64,000 nucleotides of DNA from Octopus sinensis (lineage: Eukaryota). The DNA is taken from contig NC_043009.1 of the NCBI RefSeq assembly GCF_006345805.1, forward strand, positions 59,520,001-59,584,000, read 5' to 3'. The translations under genes and the position numbers were made by a program. Of the stretch, positions 13,741 through 27,604 are shown piece by piece. A model generated the notes under the pieces. The model had not been told where the DNA came from. It searched no databases and saw only the letters and a program-made list of their open reading frames with translations. Numbering within the stretch: position 1 is the stretch's first letter; each line of letters starts with the position of its first letter.

Positions 13741-13983
13741 TCCTTTTACTTGTTTCAGTCATTTTACTGTAGCCGTGCAGGAGCACCGCCTTTAGTCGAG
13801 CAAATCGGCCCCATGACTTATTCTTTGTAAGCCTAGAACTTATTCTATCGGTCTCTTTTTTCGAACCGCTAAATTACAGGGACCTAAACACACCAGCATC
13901 GGTTGTCAAGCGATGTAGGGGGTGATAAACACAGACACACAAATACACACACACACACAACACACACACACAACACACACACA

Positions 13984-14031
<48 letters not shown>

Positions 14032-14195
14032 GCGACAGGCTTCTTTCAGTTTCTGTCTACCAAATCCACTCATAAGGCTTTGGTCGGCCCGAGGCTATAG
14101 TAGAAGCCACTTGTCCAAGGTGCCACGCAGTGGGACTGAACCCGGAACAATGTGGTTCGTAAGCAAGGTACTTACCACACAGCCACTCCTACGCC
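13741..14195 (-). mobile_element. SINE family A, full length
   Basis: Matches other copies. Confidence 0.85.
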
Positions 14196-14407
14196 TATAC
14201 ATGTACACGTATACATATATATTCGTCTGCAAAATATGCATTTTATTGTATGTACGTATGTGTGCACATGACCACGTGGTTTCATGTATTTAGTACGCAA
14301 GAGAAAACAAGCAAGCGAACATTTAGCTAAGATAAACCTATACCCTGCAGGTCTTTCTATTGAGATATTGAGATTCATATCCAACTAAGTGTGTTGTATG
14401 CATGTAA

Positions 14408-14443
<36 letters not shown>

Positions 14444-14447
14444 GTCC

Positions 14448-14503
<56 letters not shown>

Positions 14504-14517
14504 TAATATATATACAC

Positions 14518-14552
<35 letters not shown>

Positions 14553-14553
14553 C

Positions 14554-14585
<32 letters not shown>

Positions 14586-14633
14586 GATATATATATATAT
14601 ACATATATTATATACACATATATATATATATAC

Positions 14634-14684
<51 letters not shown>

Positions 14685-14825
14685 CACATATATATAATAT
14701 ACATAGATATATATATATACATATATATATTATACATATATATATACATAGATATAATATATATACATATATATATATACATATAATATATACATATATA
14801 TATGTATATATAATATGATATATAT

Positions 14826-14858
<33 letters not shown>

Positions 14859-14894
14859 CATAAATATATATATATATATATATATATATGCATG

Positions 14895-14935
<41 letters not shown>

Positions 14936-15422
14936 GTGTGTGTATTATGTTGTATGTATGTATGTATGTATGTATAGTAATGTCAAAATAAAGTTTCTCT
15001 GGATAACAAGAAATATTTCATGTGTAAAGGATTTAGAAAGAACTCCAAGATCAAGGTAAAAAAAAATTATCTCATTCAAAGTATTGATATGCGAAGTAGC
15101 TCAAGCTTAAATCTAATTAGTACATTAAAATAGAAGCTTAGCTATTATAGACATTAAAATACATAGAAGTAGACATTAGAATAGTTTAATGTCAGACGAT
15201 GTGTATTTTAATGTGTGCGACTAAGCTTACTATTTTAGTATGTTAATTTGATTTAAGTATGAGACAGCTAAATGCATATTGTGTGTGCGTGTGCGTGTGT
15301 GTGTGTGTGTGTATGTGTGTGTATGTTCGTGTATGTGCATATAAACTTATTAATACTCATTTATATGTTCATATATGAATGTGTGTGTCTGTATATGTGT
15401 ATATATATACGTATGTATGTAT

Positions 15423-15535
<113 letters not shown>

Positions 15536-15574
15536 CAGATAGATATAGATATAGACACACACATATATATAGTG

Positions 15575-15775
15575 AGAGTTCACGAAATAAACAAAAGACG
15601 GAGACAGGTGGTGTACAAAACAAACAGATGTATTAGTATAACGCTCAAGAATAGAAAAAGTCTTTTACGTTTCGAGCTTACGCTCTTCTACAGAAAAGGA
15701 CACAGAAAAAACAAGGAGAGATACAAGGAGAGAAAAATGTGTGTAGTGGTTAACGATCTATCATGGCGACTGATA
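15575..15775 (-). mobile_element. Repeat family Y copy (hammerhead-like motif at 15662-15697)
   Basis: Near-identical to 4395-4550. Confidence 0.7.
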
Positions 15776-15945
15776 AGTTTCACTTTAATACTGAAACTAT
15801 TAAAGTGAAAGTATTATCTCACATATATACAGACATACACACATATATACATATATATATATATTATGTACATATATATATATATGTATACATCTGCACA
15901 AATGTATACATAGAGATGTATATATATATACATGTATATATACAC

Positions 15946-15996
<51 letters not shown>

Positions 15997-16286
15997 ATAA
16001 TAGGTAGATAGATAGATGTATATGTATACATTTATATTTATAGTTGTATATGTATAGATGTATATGTATAGATGTATATGTATAGATGTATATATATATA
16101 GATATAGATATATATGTATATATGTATACATGTATATGTGTAGATGTATATATATATATAGATGTACATGTAACATGTACACATATATATATATACACAT
16201 CTATACATGCATTCATATATACACCCTTACACACATACACACATACACGCATACACTACACACACACACACACACACATATATATA

Positions 16287-16575
16287 GGTGCAGGTGTGGC
16301 TGTGTGATAAGAAACTAGGTTCCAAAACAGATGGTCCTGGGTTCAGTCCCACTATGTGGTGACTTGGCATGTGTCTTCTGCTATAGCCTCAGACCAACCA
16401 AAGCCTTGCGAGTGGATTTCGTAGCCAGAAACTCATTTCTACAGCTGAGGGAACTGGGGCAACGTGAAATAAAGTGTCTTGCTCAAGAACATAACACGCA
16501 GCCCGGTCCGGGATTCGAACTCACTACCTCATGATTGTGAGCCCAATGCTCTAACCACTGAGCTCTGCACCTTCA
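16287..16575. mobile_element. SINE A head/core (+, 16287-16420) abutting the 5' half of SINE D (-, 16425-16575)
   Basis: Family-diagnostic sequences in opposite orientations. Confidence 0.7.
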
Positions 16576-16678
16576 CACACACACATATATACAAGTATGT
16601 ATGTGTGTATGTATGTATGTATGTATGTATGTATGTATGTATGTATGTATGTATGTATGTATGTATGTATGTATGTAT

Positions 16679-17089
16679 GCAGGAGTGGCTGTGTGGTAAG
16701 TAGCTTGCTTACCAACCACATGGTTCCGGGTTCAGTCCCACTGCGTGGCATCTTGGGCAAGTGTCTTCTACTATAGCCCAGGGCCGACCAATGCCTTGTG
16801 AGTGGATTTGGTAGACGGAAACTGAAAGAAGCCTGTCGTATTATGTATATATAATATATGTATGTGTTTGTTTGTTGTGTGTCTGTGTTGTCCCCTACAT
16901 TGCTTGACAACCGATGCTGGTGTGTTTATGTCCCCGTTTACTTACGGTTCGGTAAAAGGGACCGATAAATAAGTACTGGGCTTACAAAAAGAATAAGTCC
17001 CGGGGTCGAGTTGCTCGATTAAAGGCGGTGCTCCAGCATGGCGGCAGTCAAATGGCTGAAACAAGTAAAAGAGTAAAGAGTAAAGAGTA
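16679..17089 (+). mobile_element. SINE family A, full length, with (AAGAGT)n tail
   Basis: Matches other copies. Confidence 0.88.
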
Positions 17090-17144
17090 TATATGTATGT
17101 ATTATGGTATGTATGTATATATGTATGTAATTATGTATGTATGC

Positions 17145-17177
<33 letters not shown>

Positions 17178-17724
17178 TGTATGTTTGTATATGTATGTAT
17201 GCATGTATGTAGTATGTCTGCATGTATGTATGTATGTATGTATGTATGTATGTATGTATGTATGTATGTATGTATGTATGTATGTATGTATGTATGTATG
17301 CACGTATGCAAATTAAAAGGAGAATGATGTAAGCGAAGTTACCCACAATGGCTAGTAGCAAGAATTTGGATAGCAAAGACTAAGAATTTGATTCTAAAAT
17401 ACCATACAAGATAAGTCTTTGACTCACTGAAATTATATTCATTTTTCAAAAGAACGTAATCAAACAGCTATTGACAATTGCTACGGAATCTAAAAAGGTA
17501 GGAGGGATAATCTCAAAGAACTGCAAGAATTCTCACGAATAAGATTTTGTATTTATTTTGTATTTTGTATTTATATTTTGGTGGAGGTTTTTCGGGTGAT
17601 TAAAGCTATAATATTTCACAAAATAAACGATACTATATCATGTAAAGAATTCACTGGCTATGATAAATGAAATATAAAAGATACAAGTGTGTGAGTGTAT
17701 ACATGTGTGTTTTCGTTAGTCTCT

Positions 17725-18389
17725 CTGTGTATGTATGTATGTATGTATGTATGTATGTATGTATGTATGTATGTATGTATGTATGTATGTATGTATTTAG
17801 TATGTATGTATGTATGTATGTATGTATGTATGTATGTATGTATGTATTGTGTATTATGTATGTATGTATGTATGTTATGTATGTATGTATGTGGTATGTA
17901 TGTATGTATGTTGTATGTATGTATGGATGTATGTGGGTATGTATGTATGTATGTATGTAGGTATGTATCTATGTATGTATGTATGTATGTATGTATGTAT
18001 GTATGTATGTGTGTCTGTATGTATGTATGTATGTATGTAGTATGTATGTAGTGTATGTGTGTTGTATGTATGTATGTGTGTATGTATGTATGTATGTATG
18101 TGTGTAGTATGTATGTATGTATGTATGTATGTATTAGTATGTATGTTGTGTATGTATGTATGTATGTATGTTATGTATATATGTATTATGTATGTATGTA
18201 TGTATGTATGTATGTATGTAGGTGTGTAATGTTGTATGTTATGTATGTATGTATGTATGTCTCTATGTATGTATGTTATGTATGTATGTATGTATGTATG
18301 TTGTATGTATGTATGTATGTATGTATGCATATAGTGGTATGTATGTATGTATGTATGTATGTATGCATGTATGTATGTATGTATGTATG

Positions 18390-18421
<32 letters not shown>

Positions 18422-18605
18422 CATATATGTATGTATATATGTATGTATGTATGTATGTGTGTATGTATGTATGTGTATGTATGTATGTATGTATGTATGT
18501 ATGTATGTGTGTATGTATGTATGTATGTATGTATGTATGTATGTATGTTGTATGTGTGTATGTATGTATGTGTGTATGTAGTACTGTATGTATGTACGTA
18601 TGTAT

Positions 18606-18636
<31 letters not shown>

Positions 18637-19040
18637 TGTATGTATGTATGTATGTATGTATGTATGTTAATGTATGTATGTATGTATGTATTATGTATGT
18701 AGATGTATGTATGGTATGTATGTATGTGTATGTATGTACGTATGTATGTATTGTATGTATGTATGTATGTATGTATGTTGTGTATGTATGTTGTATGTAT
18801 TATGTATGTATGTACGTATGTATGTATGTATGTATGTATGTAGTATGTATGTATGTATGTATTATGTATGTATGTGTGTATGTATGTATGTATGTGGGTG
18901 TATGTATGTATGGTATGTATGTGTGTATGTATGTTGTATGTATGTATGTATGTATGTGTGTATGTATGTATGTATGTATTATGTATGTATGTATGTATGT
19001 ATGTGTGTTATGTATGTATGTATGTATGTATGTATGTATG

Positions 19041-19071
<31 letters not shown>

Positions 19072-19915
19072 TGTATGTATGAATGTATGTATTGTATGTG
19101 TGTATGTATGTATGTATGTGTGTATGTATGTATGTGTATGTGTGTATGTATGTATGTATGTATGTATGTATGTGTAGTATGTATGTATGTATGTATGTGT
19201 TATGTATGATGTATGTTGTATGTATGTATGTATGTGTATGTATGTATGTAGGTATGTATGTATGTTTATGTGTAATGTGTGTAGTCTGTCTGTATGTATG
19301 TATGTATGTTGTATGTATGTATGTATGTATGTATGTATTATGTATGTATGTATTATGTGTGTATGTATGTATGTATGTATGTATGTATGTATGTGTGTAT
19401 GTATGTGTATGTATGTTATGTAGTATGTATGTGTATGTGTGTATGTATGTAGTATGTATGTATTATGTATGTATGTATGTATGTATGTATGTGTATGTGT
19501 GTATGTATGTATGTATGTGTGTATGTATGTATGTATGTATGTATGTATGTATGTATGTATGGTATGTATGTATGTATGTATTGTGTGTATGTCTGTATGT
19601 ATGGTGTATGTATGTATGTATGTGTATGTATGTATGTGTGTAGTGTGTAGTATTATGTATGTATGTATGTATGTAGTGTATGTATGTATGTATTAATGTA
19701 TGTATGTATGTGTGTATGTATGTGTATGTATGTGTGTATGTATGTATGCAATGTATCTATGTATGTATTATGTATGTAGTTCTGTATGTATGTATTGTGT
19801 ATACATGTATGTATGTATTATGTATGTATGTGTATGTATGTATGTATGTATGCATGTATTTATGTATGCATGTATTATGTATGTATGTATGTATGTATGT
19901 ATGTATGGTATGTAT
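17725..19915. repeat. ~2.2-kb degenerate (TATG)n array
   Basis: Direct inspection. Confidence 0.97.
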
Positions 19916-19929
19916 CATCATCATCATCA

Positions 19930-19972
<43 letters not shown>

Positions 19973-20009
19973 CATTATTATTATTATCATTATTATTATT
20001 ATCATTACT

Positions 20010-20262
20010 AAGGCAGCGAGCTGGCAGAATCGTTAGCGCGCTAGACGAAATGCTGAGCGGTATTTCGCCCGTCGTTAAGTTCCAAGGTCGACCTTACCCT
20101 TTCAAACTTTCGAGGTCGATAAATTAAGTACCATTTGAATACTGGGGTTGATGTAATCGACTGGCCCCCTCTCCCCAAATTTCAGGCCTTGTGCCTATAG
20201 TAGAAAGAATTATTATTATTATGATTAGTATTTTATTATTATCATCATCATCATCATCATCA

Positions 20263-20327
<65 letters not shown>

Positions 20328-20526
20328 TAGGCAGCGAGCTGGCAGAATCGTTAGCACGCAGGGTAAAATGCTTAGCGGCATTTCGTCCGTCTTTGACTTT
20401 CATCCTTTCGCAGTCGATAAAATAAATACCAGTTGAGTATTGGGGTCGATGTAATCGACTTAAGCCCTTCCCCCAAATCTGAGGTCTTGTGCCTTTTGTA
20501 GAAAGGATTGTTGCTGTCGTTGTTTA

Positions 20527-20570
<44 letters not shown>

Positions 20571-20576
20571 TGTTGT

Positions 20577-20611
<35 letters not shown>

Positions 20612-20828
20612 AGCCACTGAGCTGGCAGAGTCGTGAGCACGCTGGGCGCGATGCTTAACGGCATTCCATCCGGCTTTACGTTCTGAGTTCAAATTCGGTC
20701 TAGGTTCGCTTTGACTTTCATTTTTTTCAGAATCGATAAATTAAATACCAGTGAAAGACTGGGGTCGATGTAATCAACCAGTCCCCTTCCCCAAAATTTC
20801 AAATCTTGTGCCTATAGTAGATAGGATT
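20010..20828 (+). mobile_element. Three SINE B copies (20010-20210, 20329-20510, 20611-20828) separated by (ATT)n/(ATC)n/(GTT)n/(AGT)n
   Basis: Family B heads; tails GCC/ATCTTGTGCCTATAGTAGA running into ATT repeats. Confidence 0.85.
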
Positions 20829-20849
20829 ATGGTTATTATTGTTGCTACT

Positions 20850-21290
20850 ATTGCTGGAGATGTACTAGTTTGTCAGCTGCTTACTACCAGTGAACTAAGG
20901 TAACACCTCTTATTTTTCGTGCACCTTCCAGAGTATTCGAGCGGTTCCAAGCAGTGCTGTTTTCTGCAAGTGCTCCACCCTTATTGCAGCCCCTGTTTGT
21001 TCCACGTGTTTTTCCAGATTTTTGCTCACTGCTCCCAGGGCTCCGACAATTATTAGTACTACTGCTACATTTTTCCTCGACCACAACTGCTTAACTTCCC
21101 AAGCTAATCTTTTTCTTATCTTTCTTCCTTATCGCATACCTTGTTGTCAGCTTGGCAAACTATATCTATGATCCAGCAGAGTTTGTTTTCTTTCTCAATT
21201 AATAGTATGTCCTACTTCCTGTTCTATCTCATGGTGGCACTGAATCATAAAATCCCATAGGATCTTTGCATTTCTATTTTCGACGATACC
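20850..21290 (-). mobile_element. 5'-truncated R4/Dong-like LINE 3' end (RLE domain relic)
   Basis: IVENRNAKILWDFMIQCHHEIE.../LCWIIDIVC/...IVGALGAVSKNLEKHVEQ...LQKTALLGTARIL; 5' end abuts (TAA)n. Confidence 0.8.
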
Positions 21291-21394
<104 letters not shown>

Positions 21395-21488
21395 TTATTA
21401 TTATCATCATCATCATCATTATCATCATCATCATCATCAATCATCATCAATCATCATTATTATTATTATTATTATTATCACCACCCAC

Positions 21489-21523
<35 letters not shown>

Positions 21524-21837
21524 TTATCATTATCGTGACACTAGGTCACCAATAACTATGGACAAGCTTTGTACAGCATTCTCCAAATCTTACTTTACTA
21601 CTCATTTATATGAGGTTATCATAAAAACCAGCAGTTTTGTCAATCTCAGATACCCAGTGCTTCGAAGCCGCAACTTTATTTCGCCATTTTTCAGGAAAAA
21701 CGGCAAAATAATGTTTCGGTCACTAAGTCCTGAGCAGCAATAATTAACAAAACTTGTGGCTTTTATTATAACATTGTCTTTACTCTCTTATCTGATGGAG
21801 TGCTATTGCACTTGTCGAAGACTTACCATATAATATA

Positions 21838-22411
21838 TTGGGTCGTCCGGAAAGTTCGTGTCGACTTATAAAGGAAAGAAAAAGGTCGATAAATACTTGT
21901 CATTACCCAAGCTTTACCAGGTGTTCATGAACGACGGATTTCGATAGGTTGTGGCTTTCTGCCAATTCTCGGGTTGTGCAATATGGGTTATTCTCAATTA
22001 GTGCCTTGATTTGGTCATCATCTGTAGTGGATGGTCTGCCTGATCGCTCTTTATCAATAAGGCTACAATCTCCAGCTCGGAACCTTGCGAACCACTTCCG
22101 TACAGTTCTTTCGGATAAAGAAACATCACCGTAAACTGCGCATATTTCTTTGGTTGCTTGTGAAGCATTTTTCCCTTTACGGAAAAAGAAAAGCATCAAG
22201 TTCCGAAAATGAGCTTTCTTATCTTCCAGTTTAAAGGGTTACAGAAGTAACACAGGTTATAGGAACATAAACCTTCTTCGACGAAAAGATAGCTTAAACT
22301 GTGCTCTAAATGGAGGTGTAGTCAAATGCTATTTTATGGACTCAACCATCTTCTAAAATAAGTCGAAAGGTAAGCTACTATAAATCGGCACGAACTTTCC
22401 GGACAACCCAA
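21838..22411 (-). mobile_element. Internally deleted mariner retaining only the N-terminal HTH region
   Basis: TIRs TTGGGT(C/T)GTCCGGAAAGTTCGTG; TA on both sides; ORF 21903-22199 RKGKNASQATKEICAVYG...KWFARFRAG...RSGRP. Confidence 0.93.
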
Positions 22412-22489
22412 TACATATATGTGCGTGTGCGTATGTGTGTTGGTTTATATGTGTATGTATACGTATGTGCACACACACACACATACACA

Positions 22490-22530
22490 CGCTCTCTCTC
22501 TCTCTCTCGATCTCTCTCTCTCCTCTCTCA

Positions 22531-22571
<41 letters not shown>

Positions 22572-22586
22572 CCTCTCTCTCTCCTC

Positions 22587-22634
<48 letters not shown>

Positions 22635-22666
22635 CTCTGTCTCCTTCTCTCCCCTCCTCTCTCTCA

Positions 22667-22705
<39 letters not shown>

Positions 22706-22725
22706 CGCTCATCTCTCTCTCTTTT
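22490..22725. repeat. (CT)n microsatellite
   Basis: Direct inspection. Confidence 0.95.
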
Positions 22726-23513
22726 CGCTCACAGACACCGTCAAACGTAGAGAAAAACAATTAGATATGTGTATAAATTTCTGTGTGTACGAGTGCTGTA
22801 GTATGACCGTCTATATGTTTGTATGTATACAGGCTTGTGTGCATTTATGCATACAAGCATGTACGATTGTATAATTTATCGCAAGGGCAAACCTTCAGAA
22901 ATCCAAGCAATGTTTGTACGCATGTTCACAGCTTCCCACCCTATAATCAACAAACGCTTATACTCGCTGTTGAGCTGGCAAAATGTTAACGACCCGTTCA
23001 TTGAGGAGCTTACGAAATTTTAACCACCTGTTCTGTATAAATGTTTCGGAATTCGGCAATATAATACTAGGAAAGCGGAAAAAGATGTTGAAGATATTAG
23101 ATATTAGCGTACCAAAATAATCAAATACTGTCATTATTGAATATTTCCGTTATTTAAATACTTTCCTTATTGAATTCATTTACCTTCTTTAGCTATAAAT
23201 ATAGATACTGAAGTGTCTATTGTTTATGTATGCTTCATAGCGATGGATAAATTTGGAATTAAATTTTAGAAATATCTATACGGAGAACAGAAAATCAATG
23301 CATGTTTAAAACAAAGAGGGTTTATTATACAAAAATACATAGAGATTGTATTTTTAGTTTAGGAACATCAAATCGATGTTATGAATAAACAATTATGTAA
23401 TTTATTGCTTATGTATAGAAATAAGAATAATTTAAAATGTTCGATCACCGCCTCTTCTTAAACTCCTTCAGGTAACCATCGAAAAGCACTTGTGGTCTAG
23501 CTTCGCTATTTTA

Positions 23514-24075
23514 TTGGGTTGTCCGGAAAGTTCGTGCCGATTTATAGTAGCTTTCTTTTCGACTTATTTTAGAACATGGTCGAGTCCATAAAATAGGATT
23601 TGACTACACCGCCATTTAGAGCACAGTTTAAGCTATCTTTTTGTGGAAGATATATGTTCCTATAACCTGTGTTAATTCTGTAACCTTTTAAAATGGAAGA
23701 TAAAAAAGTTCATTTTCGGCAATTGATGCTTTGGGAACCAGAAAAGAATTGCTGCAGCTCGGCTGCGATGTGTTACCCCACCCTCCATATTCACCGGATA
23801 TTGCTCCTTCGGATTTCCACTTATTCAGGTCTCTGGAGAATTGTCTTAATGGTAAAAATTTCGATTACTTGGATGACGTAAAAAGATACCTTGATGAATT
23901 CTTTGCCATGAAACCACCTCAATTCTGGGAAGAGTGTATTTTCAAGTTAAAGGAAAGATGGAGACGCATTGTGCAAGAAAAAGGTTCATATTTGGTTGAT
24001 TAAAAATGTAATGGCAAGTATTTATTGACCTTTTTCTTTCCTTTAAAAATCGGAACGAACTTTCCGGACAACCCA
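23514..24075 (+). mobile_element. Internally deleted mariner of the same family retaining only the C-terminus
   Basis: Same TIRs; MEDKKVHFRQLML joined to HPPYSPDIAPSDFHLFRSL...RWRRIVQEKGSYLVD*. Confidence 0.93.
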
Positions 24076-24239
24076 GTTCCTTCCCGAGTCATATAAACTC
24101 ACAGGTCCAATTTCCGGTCTCCTTGGCGTACATATTCCCTACCTGGACGGGACGCCAGTCCATCGTAGGTTTACATATTTTGGCAAGCTGAATGAACTGG
24201 ACCAATTTGCTCGAGAATGCAACACGTTGCCCTGTCCAG

Positions 24240-24385
24240 CTGAATTGACTGAAGTAACGAGAATTCTTTTCTACTCTAGGCACAAGGCCCGAAAGTTGGG
24301 GGGAGGGGGCCAGTCGAGTCCCGTACGCAACTGGAACTCAATTTATCGACCCCGAAAGGATGAAAGGCAAAGTCCACCTTTGAAA
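24240..24385 (-). mobile_element. SINE B 3' fragment, next to a SINE C/D-like fragment (24085-24235)
   Basis: Matches other copies. Confidence 0.65.
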
Positions 24386-24584
24386 TATATGAAGAAATTA
24401 ATTTTTAAGAGTGGAATTTATAGTAGGAAATTATGTGAATAATAGCAAATAGAATATTGTGTTAGAAAATCCTTGGGTGACAAAAAAAAATGCCGGTGGC
24501 TGCCCGTGGGACTCGAACTCACATCTTGTGCAAAAATAACAGATGTTCTAAATATACAAAAACCACCGTTCAAATTTTCTCTAT

Positions 24585-24925
24585 GCAGAAGTGGCTGCGT
24601 GGTAAGTAGCTTGCTTACCAAACACATGGTTCCGAGTTCAGTCCCACTGACTGACATCGGGCCGACCAATGCCTGGTGAGTGGATTTAGTAGACGGAAAC
24701 TGAAAGAATCCCGTCGTATATGTATATGTGTGTGTGTGTCCCACCAACATCGCTTGATAACTGATGCGGGTGTGTTTACGTCCCCGTAGCTTAGCGACTC
24801 GACAACAGAGACCGATAGAATAAGTACTAGGCTTACGACGAATAAGTCCTGGAGTCAATTTGCTCGACTAAAGACATTAATTACTCCGGCATGGACGCAG
24901 TCTAACGACTGACACAAGTAAAAGA
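24585..24925 (+). mobile_element. SINE family A with internal deletion
   Basis: Matches other copies. Confidence 0.8.
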
Positions 24926-25103
24926 TTATAACTAGAAGCTTTGTTCTTACTAACAGTAATTTTGTGTCGTTTGTATCATTAGAATTTTAAAATTTCGAGA
25001 GATATTAAGTAAATCCTTTTTAACGGTGTAACTCGAAGCAGACAAAGCTATTAGTAAAAATTAAAATAACAGTTAAAAATGATTTACTTAATACCTCCCG
25101 CAG

Positions 25104-25145
25104 TTTCTAAATTCTTACTATGAAAGTAACATACAATTTTCGCAG
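25104..25145 (+). CDS. Candidate 42-nt internal exon (FLNSYYESNIQFSQ); host gene unidentified
   Basis: Branch-like CTTAAT, CCTCCCGCAG acceptor, CAG|GTAAGA donor; only phase 0 is open. Confidence 0.3.
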
Positions 25146-25740
25146 GTAAGAAAATGTTTCTAAAATGGATGAGGAAAATTTGAAGGATTACTTTGGCATA
25201 ATGGTTAGAATCTGTCATGCCTACTTCCGGCTCCATTGTTAAAAATGATTTACTAATAACAAAATGCTTGCATTATCAGAATTGTAATCACCAATATCGT
25301 CGAAATTTTAACTAAATTTACCTTTGGCAATAAAGAATTAAGAAACACAAGTATCAGTACTTCTGTCTTTATTCTAAAGAATTTAAGCATTTCCCATACT
25401 TAATACGATAATGGATTCCAAGTATTCGATTGTTTGAAAACTGGAGATGTTTTGCGTCGGTAAAATTTCGTCAATATTAAATTTAAAAGAATAGGACAGC
25501 ATATTTGCCTTGATGAAAGTATATGCTTTTGTCGATTCTGAGAAAATCAAGGTGAAAAAGAAACAACTGAAGTTGATGGTTTCGTATTGTAGTGAGAAAG
25601 ATGGCTAGGCATCATGGAATAAAGGGTGGTATGGTAGAGTAATGAACCGAGGTAGGGGTGCATGATGTAAAAGAGAGGCCAGAAAGTTGAGCAGAAAACT
25701 AGATATATGCAATACACTCAAATGTCTACACATAGAAATA

Positions 25741-26562
25741 CGTAATCTGATCAATAAGTATCCAGACTGTTGCCATAGTAACGAAGCTAACACACGCAGA
25801 GTGAAGCCGTTTGGCATAGATTGACCTTAAACTTCACTGTGCATGCAAACTAAGTTTACACGTTTTAGCTCACACCCGCTGTTTACAGCAGTGCTTGGAA
25901 GGAAGATGTGTAGCGTGTGATTGTCACATTGACCATGACAGAGAAAGTAGAGCAGAGAATCTGCATCAAATTTTGCCCAAAAGCTTGGCGATATCTCTTC
26001 AGAGGCCCACGCAAAGTTTTCAAAAAGTTTTCATCGTTCTTGACACAATGAAGGAGATTTTGTACAACTGAAACCCGAGTGTCCTTTTGGTCAGCTGAAA
26101 GCAGTTTTGGCACTAAGTTGGCAGACATGCATCTCATACCCAAATCTTCAGTGATAATGGACTGAACTGAACCATAACTGATCTGGACATCCTCTGATAA
26201 CTCACGGATGGTGATTTGACGATTTCCCCTCACAGGTGCACGCACATCTGCGATGTTTTTCTCAGTTCTGCTGGTTGCAGTTCTCCCAGAACTCGTACAC
26301 ATGTGTGCGGCTCATACACTCCTCTCCATACACTTTCTGCAACTTTGCGCAGGCCTCTGAGCAGGTATCGCCATGGCAACTTTCTCCGTCATGGTCAATG
26401 CGACGATCACACATGACGCACGTTACTTCGAAGCACTGCCGTAAACAGCGGACGTTAACTAGAACGGTAAAACTTAGTGCGCATACATAGCAGATTCCAT
26501 GGTCTGCGTGCTTTAGCTTCGTTACTATGGCATCAGTCAGGATACTTATTGATCAAACCTCG
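25741..26562. mobile_element. Palindromic mariner derivative made of two inverted 5' ends
   Basis: TA-flanked; arms ~25741-26017 and ~26340-26562 both carry TGATCAATAAGTATCC...CATTGACCATGAC(A/G)GAGAAAGT (MTEKV); minus-strand core encodes ITIRELSEDVQISYGSVQSIITEDLGMR...LVPKLL. Confidence 0.88.
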
Positions 26563-27297
26563 TACACTAAGAATACAAATTAAACTATTGAAGCAGATGG
26601 ATACAGAGAGGAAGGCGGGTAGTGACAATACCTCAAAGAATCTCACATCGACGCAGCTGCGATGAGAGATCAAAGTATTCTGTGTGAGACGCAATATGGA
26701 AACACATATACGATTAGACAATTACGCCAAGATACAATAACGAACACACAAGAATTTATATAGAAACGATTACACATAAACAGTCATGCATATTTCCTAA
26801 CACATTTACTCTTTTACTTCAGATCATTGAAGGAGCTGGCAGCTGCTGGTTGGCAGGATTTATAGTAATCAATTAATTAATTAATTAATTAATCAATTAA
26901 TTAATTAATTAATGTTAATATTAACAAAACAGGTGTAAGTTGTTTGAACTTACGCTTGATTTGTAGTCATCTGGTTGTAAACAATATATCTTGTTTGTCA
27001 ATGTAGAAAACTTAACAATTATATTAAGACGGTAGTACTGAAGAATTAAAACGAATTATTGGTTAACCTATGCCATCGTTACTATTTGTTCTGTTTCGTT
27101 TCTTTTTCTTCTAATATGACTAAGTACTATGGTTCTAACGAACTAAACTACAAACTAATAGTACCTCTGTTTTGTTTAGTTTTTGGTTTTATATCAATGA
27201 TGAAGGCAACTGGCAGAATCGTATTGAACAAAGTGCTTAGCGGTATTTCTCCCGACTCATTACGTTCAGAGTTCAACTTCCGCCGAAATCAACTCTT

Positions 27298-27604
27298 GTG
27301 GAGACACATGGCCTAGTGGTTAGAGCACCGGACTCGCGGTCGAGGGATAGCGGGTTCGAATCTCAGACCGGACAATGTGTGTGTTTATGAGCGAAAACAC
27401 CTAAGCTCCACGCGGCTCCGGCAGAAGGTAATAGCGAACTTCTGCTGACTCTTTCGCCACGACTTTCTCTCCATTTTTCCTCCTGCATCTTGCAGCTCAC
27501 CTGCGACGGACCGGCATCCTGTCCAGGTGGGGAACCTATATGCCAATGAAACCGGGAAACCGGCCCTATGAGCCAGCTGTGGCTCGAGAAGGAACAAACA
27601 ACAG
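27298..27604 (+). mobile_element. SINE family C (tRNA head, V-domain-like tail), preceded by a SINE B head at 27205-27295
   Basis: A box TGGCCTAGTGG, B box GGTTCGAATCT; GCGACGGACCGGCATCCTGTCCAGG. Confidence 0.85.
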
